Shown here one piece after another: positions 29,701 to 39,126 of a DNA stretch of 64,000 bases. The stretch lies in the NCBI GenBank assembly GCA_038231135.1, contig JBBRLX010000014.1, positions 28,604 through 92,603 of the forward strand, written 5' to 3'. The position numbers and the translations under genes were made by a program. Source of the DNA: Candidatus Eiseniibacteriota bacterium (lineage in GTDB: Bacteria > Eisenbacteria > RBG-16-71-46). How positions within the stretch are numbered: the first letter of the stretch is position 1; every line of letters begins with the position of its first letter. The notes under the pieces are model-generated. The model was not told the DNA's origin. It ran no database searches and saw only the letters and a list, made by a program, of their open reading frames with translations.

Positions 29701-30581
29701 TGCGGCGAATGGTCGAACTGGATGCCGTTCGCGGCCCGCACGGTCGGCCGGGCGTTGCGGAGCGACTCGTTGAATCGCACCGTCGAACCCGAGACGCCGC
29801 TCACGAAGTACAGGCCGTGGTCGCCGTTGTCCGACGCCAGGTTGCGCTCGACCAGCAGATTCGGGCTGCCCACGCACTTGATCCCGTGAAACCGTGCGAA
29901 CGTGACGGTGTCGTGGGCGACGACGCAGTGGTTCGTGTTCGTCAGGAAGATGCCCGCGTCGTCGGTGCGCGTGACCGTGAACCCCAGGAGCGTCACCCAC
30001 GCATGCCCGGACAACTCGATGCCGTGCAGCCGGTGTCCAACTTCGACGGCGTGCGTCGCGGGGTTGCCACCGCCCGCGTTCACGTAGAGACCGGTTCCCG
30101 CCACGTAGCGGTAGCTGCGGTTGCCGATGAGGCTCCCCGACGCGGCCGTGGAGTCGATCGCGAGGCGCGCGCCATCCCCGAACACCTGTTGCGGAGCCCA
30201 GTTCACCGCCGCCGCCAGGTAGACGTTGCCCGACACGGGCTGCCAGGCGGAGGCGGCGAGGCTGTCGGCGCCATCGATCACCACCCGCCTCTGCGCCTGG
30301 ACCACGACCGGCGCGCCGGAAGATCCGGCGGGCGGGTCGACCTGCTCGCGGTAGGTGCCGCTCAGGACCGTCACGGCGTTGCCTGCCGACACCCGGAGCA
30401 TCGCGTAGCCGAGCGTGCGGAACGGTTGTGACGGGGTGCCGGGCCCGCCATCGAACGCCGCGGGGTTCGTGTTGTCGACGTAGAACGTGACCGCAGCGGC
30501 GGGCGTCGCGAACCCGAGCGCGATCACGGCAGGCAGGAGCACCGCCGCTCCGAATGCGCGAATCGCAGGGAGACAGGTCAT
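26739..30581 (-). CDS. Secreted right-handed beta-helix protein with PKD domain, five Ig-like repeats and FlgD/T9SS-like CTD
   Basis: Signal peptide from ATG 30581; TFYVD..GT..QPFRT; N/G ladder repeats; LAGSPAIDA; YRFDFGDGT (PKD); five DPDGD.I..L...WTP repeats; PDP..GRRV..GLYVV CTD. Confidence 0.88.
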   Translation of the reverse strand: MTCLPAIRAFGAAVLLPAVIALGFATPAAAVTFYVDNTNPAAFDGGPGTPSQPFRTLGYAMLRVSAGNAVTVLSGTYREQVDPPAGSSGAPVVVQAQRRVVIDGADSLAASAWQPVSGNVYLAAAVNWAPQQVFGDGARLAIDSTAASGSLIGNRSYRYVAGTGLYVNAGGGNPATHAVEVGHRLHGIELSGHAWVTLLGFTVTRTDDAGIFLTNTNHCVVAHDTVTFARFHGIKCVGSPNLLVERNLASDNGDHGLYFVSGVSGSTVRFNESLRNARPTVRAANGIQFDHSPHNWVEGNLLHDNQDSGLQINAHSDSNTCIQNRSWKNGDHGYDHLMVTGNVHIGDVAWGNFKDGFSIEGISPANQLYDCIASDNGLTTNEFDLWVDASSTPGFVSDYNMFWNSTAQAPVKYIATLYPTVAAYSVVSGQDAHSVQSNPRFVNPAAGDLHLLAGSPAIDAAITSVANWPATDAEGQARADDPGTPNTGSGPVPFADRGALEYIVPNLPPVAALTITPASGAAPLAVTANASASTDPEHAIATYRFDFGDGTVIGPQASPLANHSYAAGNWTAQVTVADSGGLTSTATAPVAVAAPDRAPLLSAATNLFATSGQAFVLTVTASDPDGDAIDSLTADLSDLPPADGAVFTSNPSGTSGTLTWTPGLGDDAGPFEVSLTASNALTASINRTIHVGRPPRVTVAPAVAGAEGRVVMVQVAAMDPDSDPIDSLTADVSALPAGSGARFTVNAGHTAGTLTWTPSYTDARPAPYVIVFRAVNALSGSAPCAVTIANTDRAPRVTVPATVQANERGTVTVNVTAVDPDGDPIDALTTGPSGLPAGNDATFVVNADHTAGTFTWTPGWDDARGMPYTVVFQASNAATGQGRAEIQVANVDRPPVVSAPQVVAGSEGSLARIHVTATDPDGDAIPSLVADFSALPPSNNARFTPGDGSGPGGTVATPVHGGATARVAIPARGAETSGNATLSAPAGGHVVAHGTPAAGSSATGPRQEGPGDAPGPDSGEQPPLIYTFEWTPGFHDGPRSYVVTFTASNALQSSTSTTITVANTDLPPVVSVPDSVTVNAGQTVQVAVSVTDPDGDAIDSLTVDASSVPPDTTIRFVVSPDHTSATWFWTPDSSAVRDSVYRVAFTAWNALSAPAATAVRVRPAALATRALAVVAGGSAAATTATPGDPIPGVLALSNPYPDPMRAGVTFALALPRAARVTWEVFGVDGRRVWSLDEWRAAGRIRQTWQPRSPRGALAPGLYVVQVRVGDARFTRRFVKL

Positions 30582-30931
30582 GGCGCAACGGGCGGCGCGC
30601 CGGTGAACCGGTGCGGCCGCGCGGCGAGGTGGGCAGATCAGGTTCACGGGAGGGTTTTTCACGGCGGCCCGATGTTGATGGAATGCCGTTACTTCCAAGG
30701 GTTGTCCGGAAGCCGCGAGATCCGCGGCGAGGCCGGAGTATAGCGGAGTCGAACGTTCATTCCAGTGGATTCCGGATTCAAAAAACATGCGTTCGGTAGT
30801 CGTCCGCATTCCGATAGACTTGAGCCTGCTCAGTGTGGCGTTTCGCCACAGTTCGGACGTGAGACACGCCTCCCAACGTCAGTTCTCCGAAGCTCGACAC
30901 CCGGCCGGATTCGCGGCCGTCACAGATTTTA

Positions 30932-32617
30932 TTGGAGTTCCTCGTGCACCTCGATGGTTTCCGCCGGATTCTGCTGCTGGCGATCCTCGCCGCGTCGTGC
31001 GTGGCGGCGCCGGTTCGAGCCGCGAGCATCGCGTGGACGAATCCGGCCGGCGGATTGTGGAGCGAACCGACGAACTGGTCGTCCGCCACGGTTCCGGGGC
31101 CGGATGACGATGTGCTCATCACGCTCGACGGCCAGTACGCGGTGACAGTGGACCCGGGTGCCGTCAGCATCCGGTCCTTGACGCTCGGCGGCACCATCGA
31201 CACGCAGCAGTTGCTCGCCACCGGCAAGATGCTGTCGCTCGCAACCGGCGCCGGAATCGGCGCCCACGGCTCGGTGGAGTTCCATGACTGCACCGTTACG
31301 AGCGCCACGGCGATCGTGAACCACGGTGAGCTGCTGTTCGATGCGACGTCGCTGGCGGGGGATCTGGTGAACTACGGGGTCGCCACCCGTAACCCGTCGG
31401 CAATCCTGAACGGGACGGTGGATAACTACGGCAAGCTCGTCATGGAGGGCGTCACGACGGCATCTCCGGCGCTGGTGCAGCATCCGGGCAGCACGCTGCG
31501 GATCGAGGGCACGCCCACGACTCCCGCCGAGTTCGATTTCACGGGCACCTACACGAATGTCGGCACGCTCGACCTCGCGTGCGCGCTGGGATTCGGCAAC
31601 GTCACGGTGAAGGCCACTTCGCCGGACGGCGTCCTCGTCAACGCACCGGGCGCCGTGATGCATTCCTATGCCGCGGGCGCCCGCGTCGTCGATGCCGATC
31701 TCGAGAACGACGGGATGCTCGAGGTGCTGCAACTGCTCACACTGCCGCGGGCGGGTGCGCGGCACGTGAACCGCGGCGCCCTCGAGCTGTCCGAGGCCGG
31801 CGTCACGGTGTCCGGCGCCGGAGTGGTGTTCACGAATCAGGGCACGCTCACGATCGGCGCCGGTCACACGTTCAGCCAGGGAGTCGGAACGTTCGCCAAC
31901 GATTCCTGCGGCGTGATCCGCGGCGCCGGCACCTGCAACGTCGCGGCGGCCACGACGCTCGAGCGTGGCCGCATCGTCCCGGGGGATCCCGCGGGCCAGC
32001 TCACGTTCCCCGGCAACGTCACCGTGGATCCGGGTGGTGCGGTCGACATCGTGATCGGCGGGCCCACGGCGGCCGACTGGGGCGTGCTGCGCCTGACGGG
32101 GTTCATGATCCCGAACGGCACCCTGGCGGTGTCGCTCGCCAACGGGTTCGTGCCGGCGCCCGGCGACCGGTTCGACGTCATCGGCTGGGGCGATCACTCG
32201 GGAGTGTTCTCGCGCATCGACGGGCTGGACCTGGGGGGCAATCTCGCGCTGCGTCCGGAGTACGCCACATCGGGGCTGACGCTGGTGTGCTTCGCGGGCC
32301 ACGTGGCCGGTGTCGAGCCGGATCCCGCCCGCGCGCCCGCGCTCGAATTCAGCCGTGCGCCCGCGCCCAATCCCACCGCCGGCGGAACCAGCTTCGTAGT
32401 GCGGGTGCCACGGGCGGCGGCGCTCACGGTGACGGTCACGGATGCCGCCGGGCGTGAGCTGGCCACGGTGTGGCGCGGGCGGCTCGCGGCGGGCGAGCAC
32501 GCGTTCCACTGGGATGGCGCGACCGCCGCGGGGACGCGGGCGCCGGCCGGAGTCTATTTCGTCGCCGTGCGCGGCGCGGGGGCCGGGCTCGTGGGCCGGC
32601 TGGCGATCGTGCGGTGA
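30932..32617 (+). CDS. Secreted beta-solenoid (autotransporter-passenger-like) protein with FlgD/T9SS-like CTD
   Basis: Signal peptide; GLWSEPTNWS..VPG..DDV.I; N.G.L repeats; GTLAVSL.NGF.PAPGDRFDVI; PNP..GRELA..WDG..GVYFV. Start uncertain. Confidence 0.82.
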   Translation: MEFLVHLDGFRRILLLAILAASCVAAPVRAASIAWTNPAGGLWSEPTNWSSATVPGPDDDVLITLDGQYAVTVDPGAVSIRSLTLGGTIDTQQLLATGKMLSLATGAGIGAHGSVEFHDCTVTSATAIVNHGELLFDATSLAGDLVNYGVATRNPSAILNGTVDNYGKLVMEGVTTASPALVQHPGSTLRIEGTPTTPAEFDFTGTYTNVGTLDLACALGFGNVTVKATSPDGVLVNAPGAVMHSYAAGARVVDADLENDGMLEVLQLLTLPRAGARHVNRGALELSEAGVTVSGAGVVFTNQGTLTIGAGHTFSQGVGTFANDSCGVIRGAGTCNVAAATTLERGRIVPGDPAGQLTFPGNVTVDPGGAVDIVIGGPTAADWGVLRLTGFMIPNGTLAVSLANGFVPAPGDRFDVIGWGDHSGVFSRIDGLDLGGNLALRPEYATSGLTLVCFAGHVAGVEPDPARAPALEFSRAPAPNPTAGGTSFVVRVPRAAALTVTVTDAAGRELATVWRGRLAAGEHAFHWDGATAAGTRAPAGVYFVAVRGAGAGLVGRLAIVR

Positions 32618-32647
32618 CCCCGACCTGCGTGAGATGATCCGGCCCAC

Positions 32648-33841
32648 GTGACCGGATCTCCGTTGCCATCAGCGCAGTCCGACCGGACACGCGACGTCCT
32701 CGACCTGCTGGCCACGGCGCTGCTCGCGCTCTACGTGGCGACGTTCGCGGTGAGGAACGTCGCGCTGCAATGGGACTTTCGCGCCTACCTCGCGGCCGCC
32801 CGGGCCGCGGCCGCCGGACTCGATCCCTACGTCCACGGGAATCTCGTCGCCGCGTCGGGCCGCCTGTCGCCACTGCCGTTCCTCTACCCGCCGGTCGCGC
32901 TGCTGCCGTTCCTGGTACTCGCGGCGTTGCCCGTGGGCGCCGCCGCGGCCTGCTGGATCGGGCTCAAGGTGGTGCTGCTCGTCGCGCTCGTGGCGCTGTG
33001 GTGGCGGGTGTTCCTGCCGGGCACGGCGGTGTTGCCGCTGGCGCTGGCCGCGGTGCTCGGCTGGAATGCCGCGGCGCTGTACGACCTGCGCACCGGCAAC
33101 GTGGCGCTACTGGAGTGTGCCCTGGTGTGGGCGGGCTTCGCGTGCTTCGTCGCCGGGCGGCGCGGATGGTTCGCAACGTTCGTGGTGATCGCGGCGTGCT
33201 TCAAACTCGTGCCGGCGGCGTGGCTGCTGCTGCTGCTCGTGCCCGCGGGCCGGCTGCGCCCCGAGCCGCGCGTGTTCGCGCTCGCGGTGCTCGCGCTGGT
33301 CGTGCTGGTGTGCGGCCCGCTGGTCCTGGGGCCGGCCGCTCACTGGAACGGCTTCCTGCGCGGGATTCCGCCGGCCGACGATCTCGGCGACTCGAACCCC
33401 AGCGCGCTCGGCCTGGCAGGCGTGATCACCCGCACGGCCCATCTGCCGGCGCCGGCCGCGCACGTCGTGTGGATCGGGTTCGTGATCGCGCTCGCGCTGG
33501 CGAGCCTGCGGTTCCTGCGCGACGCCTGGCGCCGGGCGGATCCGGCCCGGTGGGTGATGGCTTCGGTGTTCCTGGTCGTGCTCATGGAGCCGCGCCCGAT
33601 GGCCTATGGCTACGCCTGCCTGGCGCCGGCGCCATTGTGGTTTGCGCCGCGCCCGTTCGGCAGCCGGATCGGGCGGTTGGGCCTCGCGTTGCTGCTGTCC
33701 GTACAGGGCATCGCCCGCGCGTTCGACCAGCAGCCGGCGGGTACCGTGGTCGCCTACGCGCCGTTCCTGCTCACGCTTGGCGTCTGGCTGCTGGTGATCA
33801 CGCAGGACCGATCGCCCCTTGGGCCGCGGGCTGTGAGATGA
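32648..33841 (+). CDS. GT87 (DUF2029) membrane glycosyltransferase, GT-C type
   Basis: DFRAYLAAA..GLDPY..PFLYPP, GN motif, FKL.P; about 10 TM helices. Confidence 0.85.
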   Translation: MTGSPLPSAQSDRTRDVLDLLATALLALYVATFAVRNVALQWDFRAYLAAARAAAAGLDPYVHGNLVAASGRLSPLPFLYPPVALLPFLVLAALPVGAAAACWIGLKVVLLVALVALWWRVFLPGTAVLPLALAAVLGWNAAALYDLRTGNVALLECALVWAGFACFVAGRRGWFATFVVIAACFKLVPAAWLLLLLVPAGRLRPEPRVFALAVLALVVLVCGPLVLGPAAHWNGFLRGIPPADDLGDSNPSALGLAGVITRTAHLPAPAAHVVWIGFVIALALASLRFLRDAWRRADPARWVMASVFLVVLMEPRPMAYGYACLAPAPLWFAPRPFGSRIGRLGLALLLSVQGIARAFDQQPAGTVVAYAPFLLTLGVWLLVITQDRSPLGPRAVR

Positions 33842-35943
33842 TTTCCCGGATGCGATCCAGATCCTTCCCAATTTCGCCGCCCGGCTCCCGGCAGGCACCA
33901 CACGCTCCCGTGCGGCCGGGGTGGTGGTTCGCGACGGCCGCGGGTCTCGCGCTGGCCGCCTGCCTCGCGGCCACGGCGCTTCACGCGGCCCCCGCGCCGC
34001 GCCGGCTGCCCGCCGATGCCCCCGTCCTCGCGCCCGACGCGCTGGATGCCGCGCCCTATCTGTCGTACTACAAGTCGCTGGCGTACGCGTGGTCAAACGC
34101 GCGCGCGCTGGCCCCCACTGCGAACCAGCAGCAGTACGACATCCGGACCTACGACCTCGACCTGCACCCGGACCCCGTGACGCAGGTGCTGACGGGCACG
34201 GTGCGCGTGCGCGCCACCGTGGTCACCGGTCCCCTCGCGACGTTCGAACTCGATCTCACGAGCGCCACGATGACCGTGGACGCCGTGACCGGTCCCGGCG
34301 GGGCGCTCGCGTATACGCACGCGTCCGATGTGCTTGCGATCGGTCTCGATCATGCGTTCGCCGCCGGCGAGCTGGTGGACGTGACGATCCAGTACCACGG
34401 CTCGCCGAACGCCAGCGGCTTCGGCGCGTTCACGTTCGAGTCCCACGCCGGGCTGCCGCTGGTGTGGAGCCTGAGCGAGCCGTTCGGCGCCCACGAATGG
34501 TGGCCGTGCAAGGACCAACCGGACGACAAGGCCGACTCGGTGGACGTGCGGGTCACGGTGCCGTCCGGCATGATCACGTCGAGCAACGGCACGCGGGTCG
34601 AGAGCGTCGACAACGGCACCACGGCGTTCACGCACTGGCACGAGAGCTACCCGATCGCGTCCTACCTGGTGTCGATCGCAAGCTACGCCTATGCGCGCCA
34701 GACGCTGTGGTACCACCCGGCGGTGGGCGACTCGATGCCGATCGAGTTGTTCCAGTTTCCGGACCAGGTATCGGGCGCGCGGGATGTCATCAACGCGAAG
34801 ATCCCGGCGATGATCGCGGCCTATGTCTCGCGGTTCGGCGAGTATCCGTTCACGCGCGAGAAGTACGGCGAGGCCGACTTCACGTTCGGCGGGGGCATGG
34901 AGCACCAGACATGCACCAGCCTCGGAACGTTCTTGAACGAAACCGTGGTCGCGCACGAGCTGGGTCATCAGTGGTTCGGCGACGGCGTCACCTGCCGCGA
35001 CTTCCATCACATCTGGCTGAACGAAGGCTTCGCCACCTACTGCGAGGCGCTGTGGAAGGAGTCCACCGGCGGGTTCACCGCCTACAAGAGCGTGCTGACC
35101 CCGAAGAAGTATTTCGGCGCGGGCACCGTGTGGGTGCCCGACCTCAGCAACGAGAACCGGATCTTCAGCTCCGCGCTGTCGTACAACAAGGCGGGCTGGG
35201 TGCTGCACATGCTGCGGCACGTGCTCGGCGACTCGGTGTTCTTCGCCGGCCTGAGTGCCTACCGCGCGCAATGGCCCTACATGAGCGCCGTGACCGAGGA
35301 CTTCCAGCATGCGATGGAGGGCGTGTCCGGCCGGGATCTGACGCGATTCTTCCAGGAGTGGATCTACGGCGAGTACTACCCGAGCTACCGGGTCACGTCC
35401 TACAGCGAGCCCGGGCAGGCTGGCGGCTCGGACGTCCACGTGCAGGTCCAGCAGACCCAGAGCTGGCAGAAGTTCTGGATGCCGGTGGACGTGTTCATCC
35501 ACAGCGCGTCCGGCGATTCGACGTTCGTCGTGACCGATTCGCTCGCGTACCAGACGTTCACGCTCCACATGCCCGCGCCCGCGCTGTCGGTGTCGCTCGA
35601 CAGGAACGAATGGATCCTGAGGATGATCGTGACGCCGGTGGCGGTGGACGGTGCGGTCGTGGATGCCGGGGTCGAGCTACTGGCCCCGAGCCCGAACCCG
35701 GCCCGTGGCGCGAGCGACATCGCGTTCTCGCTGCCCCGCGCGGGCGCCACGCGGCTGTCGATCATGGATGCCGCCGGGCGGCGCGTGGCGGATCTGGAAC
35801 GCGGCTGGCTGCAACCCGGTGCCCACCACGCGAGCTGGGACGGTCGTGATCTGCGGGGCGCCCCGGTGGCCGGCGGGATGTACTGGGTGAGCCTGGAGTT
35901 CGAGGGCGAACGGCGGGTCGAGAAACTGGTGCGAATGCGCTGA
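33838..35943 (+). CDS. Secreted M1-family aminopeptidase with FlgD/T9SS-like CTD
   Basis: SEPFGAHEWWPCKD, GGMEH, HELGHQWFGD..WLNEGFATY, YNKAGWVLHMLR; PNP..WDG CTD; ATGA coupling with the GT87 gene. Confidence 0.92.
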   Translation: MISRMRSRSFPISPPGSRQAPHAPVRPGWWFATAAGLALAACLAATALHAAPAPRRLPADAPVLAPDALDAAPYLSYYKSLAYAWSNARALAPTANQQQYDIRTYDLDLHPDPVTQVLTGTVRVRATVVTGPLATFELDLTSATMTVDAVTGPGGALAYTHASDVLAIGLDHAFAAGELVDVTIQYHGSPNASGFGAFTFESHAGLPLVWSLSEPFGAHEWWPCKDQPDDKADSVDVRVTVPSGMITSSNGTRVESVDNGTTAFTHWHESYPIASYLVSIASYAYARQTLWYHPAVGDSMPIELFQFPDQVSGARDVINAKIPAMIAAYVSRFGEYPFTREKYGEADFTFGGGMEHQTCTSLGTFLNETVVAHELGHQWFGDGVTCRDFHHIWLNEGFATYCEALWKESTGGFTAYKSVLTPKKYFGAGTVWVPDLSNENRIFSSALSYNKAGWVLHMLRHVLGDSVFFAGLSAYRAQWPYMSAVTEDFQHAMEGVSGRDLTRFFQEWIYGEYYPSYRVTSYSEPGQAGGSDVHVQVQQTQSWQKFWMPVDVFIHSASGDSTFVVTDSLAYQTFTLHMPAPALSVSLDRNEWILRMIVTPVAVDGAVVDAGVELLAPSPNPARGASDIAFSLPRAGATRLSIMDAAGRRVADLERGWLQPGAHHASWDGRDLRGAPVAGGMYWVSLEFEGERRVEKLVRMR

Positions 35944-36014
35944 GGCGCGGGCCTCGGCGGGCGTCCGGCAGATGCTCGTCGTATCCGTAGTCGCGCTTCC
36001 AGCCTCGCGTGTCG

Positions 36015-37121
36015 TCAGTCCCCGAAGCAGATCCCCAGGTCGCGCGCCGTGATCATGGTGTCGCAATCCGGCGCCACCACCTTCATGCGCTGGATCGCGT
36101 CCTTGAGCGGCTCGAAGCGCACGGTCGGCGGCTGCAGCGCGACCATCACGGACGAGTGGCCCTCCTCGAGCGCGCGCACCGCGGCGGCGCCGAAGCGCAG
36201 CGCCACCAGCCGGTCGAAGCTGGTCGGCGAGCCGCCGCGCAGCAGGTGGCCGAGCACCACGGTGCGTGATTCGCGCCCGGTCAGCTCCTCGAGCTGGTTC
36301 GCGACCTTCACGCCGATGCCGCCGAGCCGCCCGCTGCGGCCTGCCTCGCCGGGGAGCATGGACACCGTGCCACCGACGGGATGGGCGCCCTCCGCCACCA
36401 CCACGACGGTGTAGAGGCGGCCGGCGCGCTCGCGCTCGCGCACCTCGGCCGCGACCTTGCCGATCTCGAAGGGGATCTCGGGGATCAGGATGACGTCGGC
36501 ATTGCCGGCGATGCCGGCGTGCAGCGCGATCCACCCCGCGTAGCGGCCCATCACCTCGACCACCATGATGCGGCGGTGCGAGCTGGCGGTGGTGTGGAGC
36601 CGGTCGAGGCACTCGGTCGCGAACGACACGGCGGTGTCGAAGCCGAACGTCATGAACGTGCGCTCGAGATCGTTGTCGATCGTCTTGGGCACGCCGATCA
36701 CGCGCAGGCCGCGGTTCGCGAGCGCGTAGCCGATCGCCAGCGTGCCATCGCCGCCCACGATGACGAGCGCGTCGAACCCGCCGGCACGGAACTTCTCGAC
36801 CAGCTCATCGCCGCGATCCACGTCGTGCAGCGTGCCGTCGGCCTGCCGGGCTGGATAGCACAGCGGATTCCCACGGTTCGTGGTCCCGAGCATCGTGCCA
36901 CCCAGGTGGGTGATGCCGGCGACCGACTTGCGGCCGAGCGGCACCACGCCGCCGTCGGGATAGTCGCCGGGTTCGAGCAGGCCGTTGAAGCCGTCGCGGA
37001 TACCGTGGCATTCCCAGCCGCGATGCAAGGCGGCGAGCACCACCGCGCGGATCACGGCGTTGAGCCCGGGCGCGTCGCCGCCTCCGGTGCTGAGCGCGAT
37101 GCTGCGAATCGGCTGCGTCAC
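36015..37121 (-). CDS. pfkA: 6-phosphofructokinase (group III-like)
   Basis: TGGGDAPGLNAVIR, GGDGT, PKTIDND, EVMGR, VLGHLLRGG; GTG start 37121. Confidence 0.95.
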   Translation of the reverse strand: MTQPIRSIALSTGGGDAPGLNAVIRAVVLAALHRGWECHGIRDGFNGLLEPGDYPDGGVVPLGRKSVAGITHLGGTMLGTTNRGNPLCYPARQADGTLHDVDRGDELVEKFRAGGFDALVIVGGDGTLAIGYALANRGLRVIGVPKTIDNDLERTFMTFGFDTAVSFATECLDRLHTTASSHRRIMVVEVMGRYAGWIALHAGIAGNADVILIPEIPFEIGKVAAEVRERERAGRLYTVVVVAEGAHPVGGTVSMLPGEAGRSGRLGGIGVKVANQLEELTGRESRTVVLGHLLRGGSPTSFDRLVALRFGAAAVRALEEGHSSVMVALQPPTVRFEPLKDAIQRMKVVAPDCDTMITARDLGICFGD

Positions 37122-37217
37122 GAATCCCGTCCCTTCATTCCTGTATGATCGACTTCCGCGGCCGGTTCCTGAACTCACCCACTTCGCAGGTTCACGAAAA
37201 CATGCCGCACTCGTCAA

Positions 37218-37990
37218 TGCCTCCCGTGCAATTCCTGCGTTCCGGAGCCACGACGTTCCGGGTGGCCATATGGCTGTCGGGCCTGTTCGCGCTCGCCGTG
37301 GTGCAGTCCTGCATGCCGCTGCCGCCGGAGGGCGGCGGCATCGACGTGGGCACCACCAGCGACCAGTGGACGGTCCGGTTCGACCCGGCGCTCGGCACTC
37401 CCGCGTCGATGGTGAACCGGGCACTCCGGAACGAGACCGGCTCGACCGGCGCCAAACCGGTGGACAGCGCCGTGGCGGAAGCGGCGGTTCAGCAGGTGTT
37501 CCACAGCCGCACCCAATGGTTCCGGCTGCGCTCCGGAGTCGACGCGTTCCGGCTGGTGCGGGACGAGACGCGCGGCTGGCTGCGATATCAGCGGTTCGAA
37601 CAAACCTATCGGGGGCTGTCGGTGGCGGGCGCGGGCTACGAGGCGCACGTGCTGCCGAACGGCCGCGTGGGGTCGCTCGAAGGCAGCTACTTCCCGGATC
37701 TCAACGTGGACATCCGGCCGACGTTCGGCGAATCGCAGGCGCGAGACCGCGCGCGCAACCTGTTCCAGCTCGGCGCGCCATCGGAGCCGCTGCCGCAGCT
37801 CCAGTACGAGATCGAAAACGGATTTCGCGAGGCGAGCGTGCTCACGATCGTGCCGCAGGGCGGCAATTTCCTGCTGGCGTGGGGCATCGTGGTGGCGGTC
37901 GGGTCGCGCGACCATGCGCGCGTCTACATCGACGCGCGCACCGGGTCCGCTTTGGGGCGCCAGATGATCGGGTGGTCCGACACGCGCTAG
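37218..37990 (+). CDS. Exported FTP + PepSY propeptide-like protein without catalytic domain
   Basis: Lipobox-like LAVVQSC; YQRFEQTYRGLSV..VLPNGRVGSLEGSY (FTP); LAWGIV..VYIDARTG (PepSY); no HExxH. Start uncertain (37145-37218). Confidence 0.7.
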
Positions 37991-38112
37991 CGAGACTGCT
38001 GAAAACGCCCGATTGCTGCGTTGGCTCGTCGCTCCTCCCTGCGACGTATCGGACGAACGTCTCGGTCGTCGCTCCTCGCCGCCTTGCAATCGGGCGTTTT
38101 CAGCAGTCTCGC
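37990..38112. mobile_element. MITE/REP-like element with 27-bp perfect terminal inverted repeats
   Basis: GCGAGACTGCTGAAAACGCCCGATTGC (37990-38016) is the exact reverse complement of 38086-38112; an internal TCGTCGCTCCTC occurs twice. Confidence 0.75.
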
Positions 38113-38720
38113 GGTTCAAGCCGGGGCGGCCGGCGGCCGGTGCGGATCGCGCCGGCGACGGGGACGTAGGCGAGCTCCGAGTTCCCGAGCACGCAGCGCA
38201 GCATCAACCCGCCGCGGCTCAAGTCCCCGCGTCCCACGAAGTCCGCGGGGAATCGCAGCCTGCCCGCCAGGCACCGCTCGAGCACGTCCACGTACTTGCC
38301 GGTCGCGATGCTGCCGAGCAGCACAGCCTGGTCGTCGCCGGCGAGCGTGCCCGCGAGTGCGCGGGCATCGCGGTCGAGCGGCTCGCAATACCGCGGCTGG
38401 TCGGGGGACACGCCGACCGTGGCGATGTCGGCGAGTTGTTCGGCCGTCACGATGCGATCGGCGGCGGCGAGTCCCAGGCCGGGGACGATGACGAGCACCC
38501 CCGCGGGCGTGCGGATCGTGCGCGCGAAGGCTCGCGCGTAGGCCAGTTTGCCGCGAAAGTACAGCCCCGACACGAAGCTGAAGATCTCGCCGAGCGGCGC
38601 GCCCGACTGCCGCAATCGGACGGCGAGTGGAAACGTGGCCGCGGGGTTCATCAGCAGCGCGGCGCGTCGGCCGCCGCAATGTGCCGGTGACAACATGAAC
38701 ACGGTCTGCATGCCGGCCAA
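38100..38720 (-). CDS. Hypothetical protein (possible YaaA/DUF6884-like fold)
   Basis: Globular composition; FMLSPAHC, FSFVSGLYFRGKLAYA, LLGSIATGKY, GRGDLSRGGLML. Its stop codon lies inside the inverted repeat. Confidence 0.7.
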   Translation of the reverse strand: MAGMQTVFMLSPAHCGGRRAALLMNPAATFPLAVRLRQSGAPLGEIFSFVSGLYFRGKLAYARAFARTIRTPAGVLVIVPGLGLAAADRIVTAEQLADIATVGVSPDQPRYCEPLDRDARALAGTLAGDDQAVLLGSIATGKYVDVLERCLAGRLRFPADFVGRGDLSRGGLMLRCVLGNSELAYVPVAGAIRTGRRPPRLEPRDC

Positions 38721-38795
38721 GATAGCGGACGCGCCGGGGGCCGCCTCACGACTACGAAAGCCCGCGCGACCGCGCGCGTCGCGGCGCCGTCCGGT

Positions 38796-39041
38796 TCAAG
38801 CCTCGTATTCCTCGGTGAGCAGCGCACCCACGCGGGCAGGCGTGTCGGCGATCGCGATCACCGATGACCCTTCCACCGCGTTCTCCCGCAGCCAGTCCCG
38901 CAGGGCTTCGAGCCCCATGCGATCCATGTCGCGCCGGCACAGGACGACCGTGCCATCCGGGAGCACATCACCGGTCCGATGGGTCTTCAATCGAGGCTGT
39001 TCACGCACGCTGAGTTCCCGTACGTAGCGAGGCTCTTCCAT
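38796..39041 (-). CDS. Small hypothetical protein (81 aa)
   Basis: Strong RBS AGGAG before ATG 39041; sigma54-like promoter upstream. Confidence 0.65.
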   Translation of the reverse strand: MEEPRYVRELSVREQPRLKTHRTGDVLPDGTVVLCRRDMDRMGLEALRDWLRENAVEGSSVIAIADTPARVGALLTEEYEA

Positions 39042-39126
39042 GGTGAAACTCCTGCGAGGAGGATGCGAGGGACAACTTCCGTACATGGGTTTCGTGCAAG
39101 CCGGCAGGGCCGCGGACGGGTGTATG

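Noticed and set aside
32770..33837. Upstream extensions of track ORFs (also 18844-20238, 19650-20882, 23145-24629, 44852-45430, 59882-61681)
   Set aside because: They overlap other real genes; downstream starts have RBS or ATGA coupling.
36015..37121. PPi-dependent PFK assignment
   Set aside because: GGDG (not GGDD) with PKTIDND leans toward ATP use; the donor cannot be settled from motifs alone.
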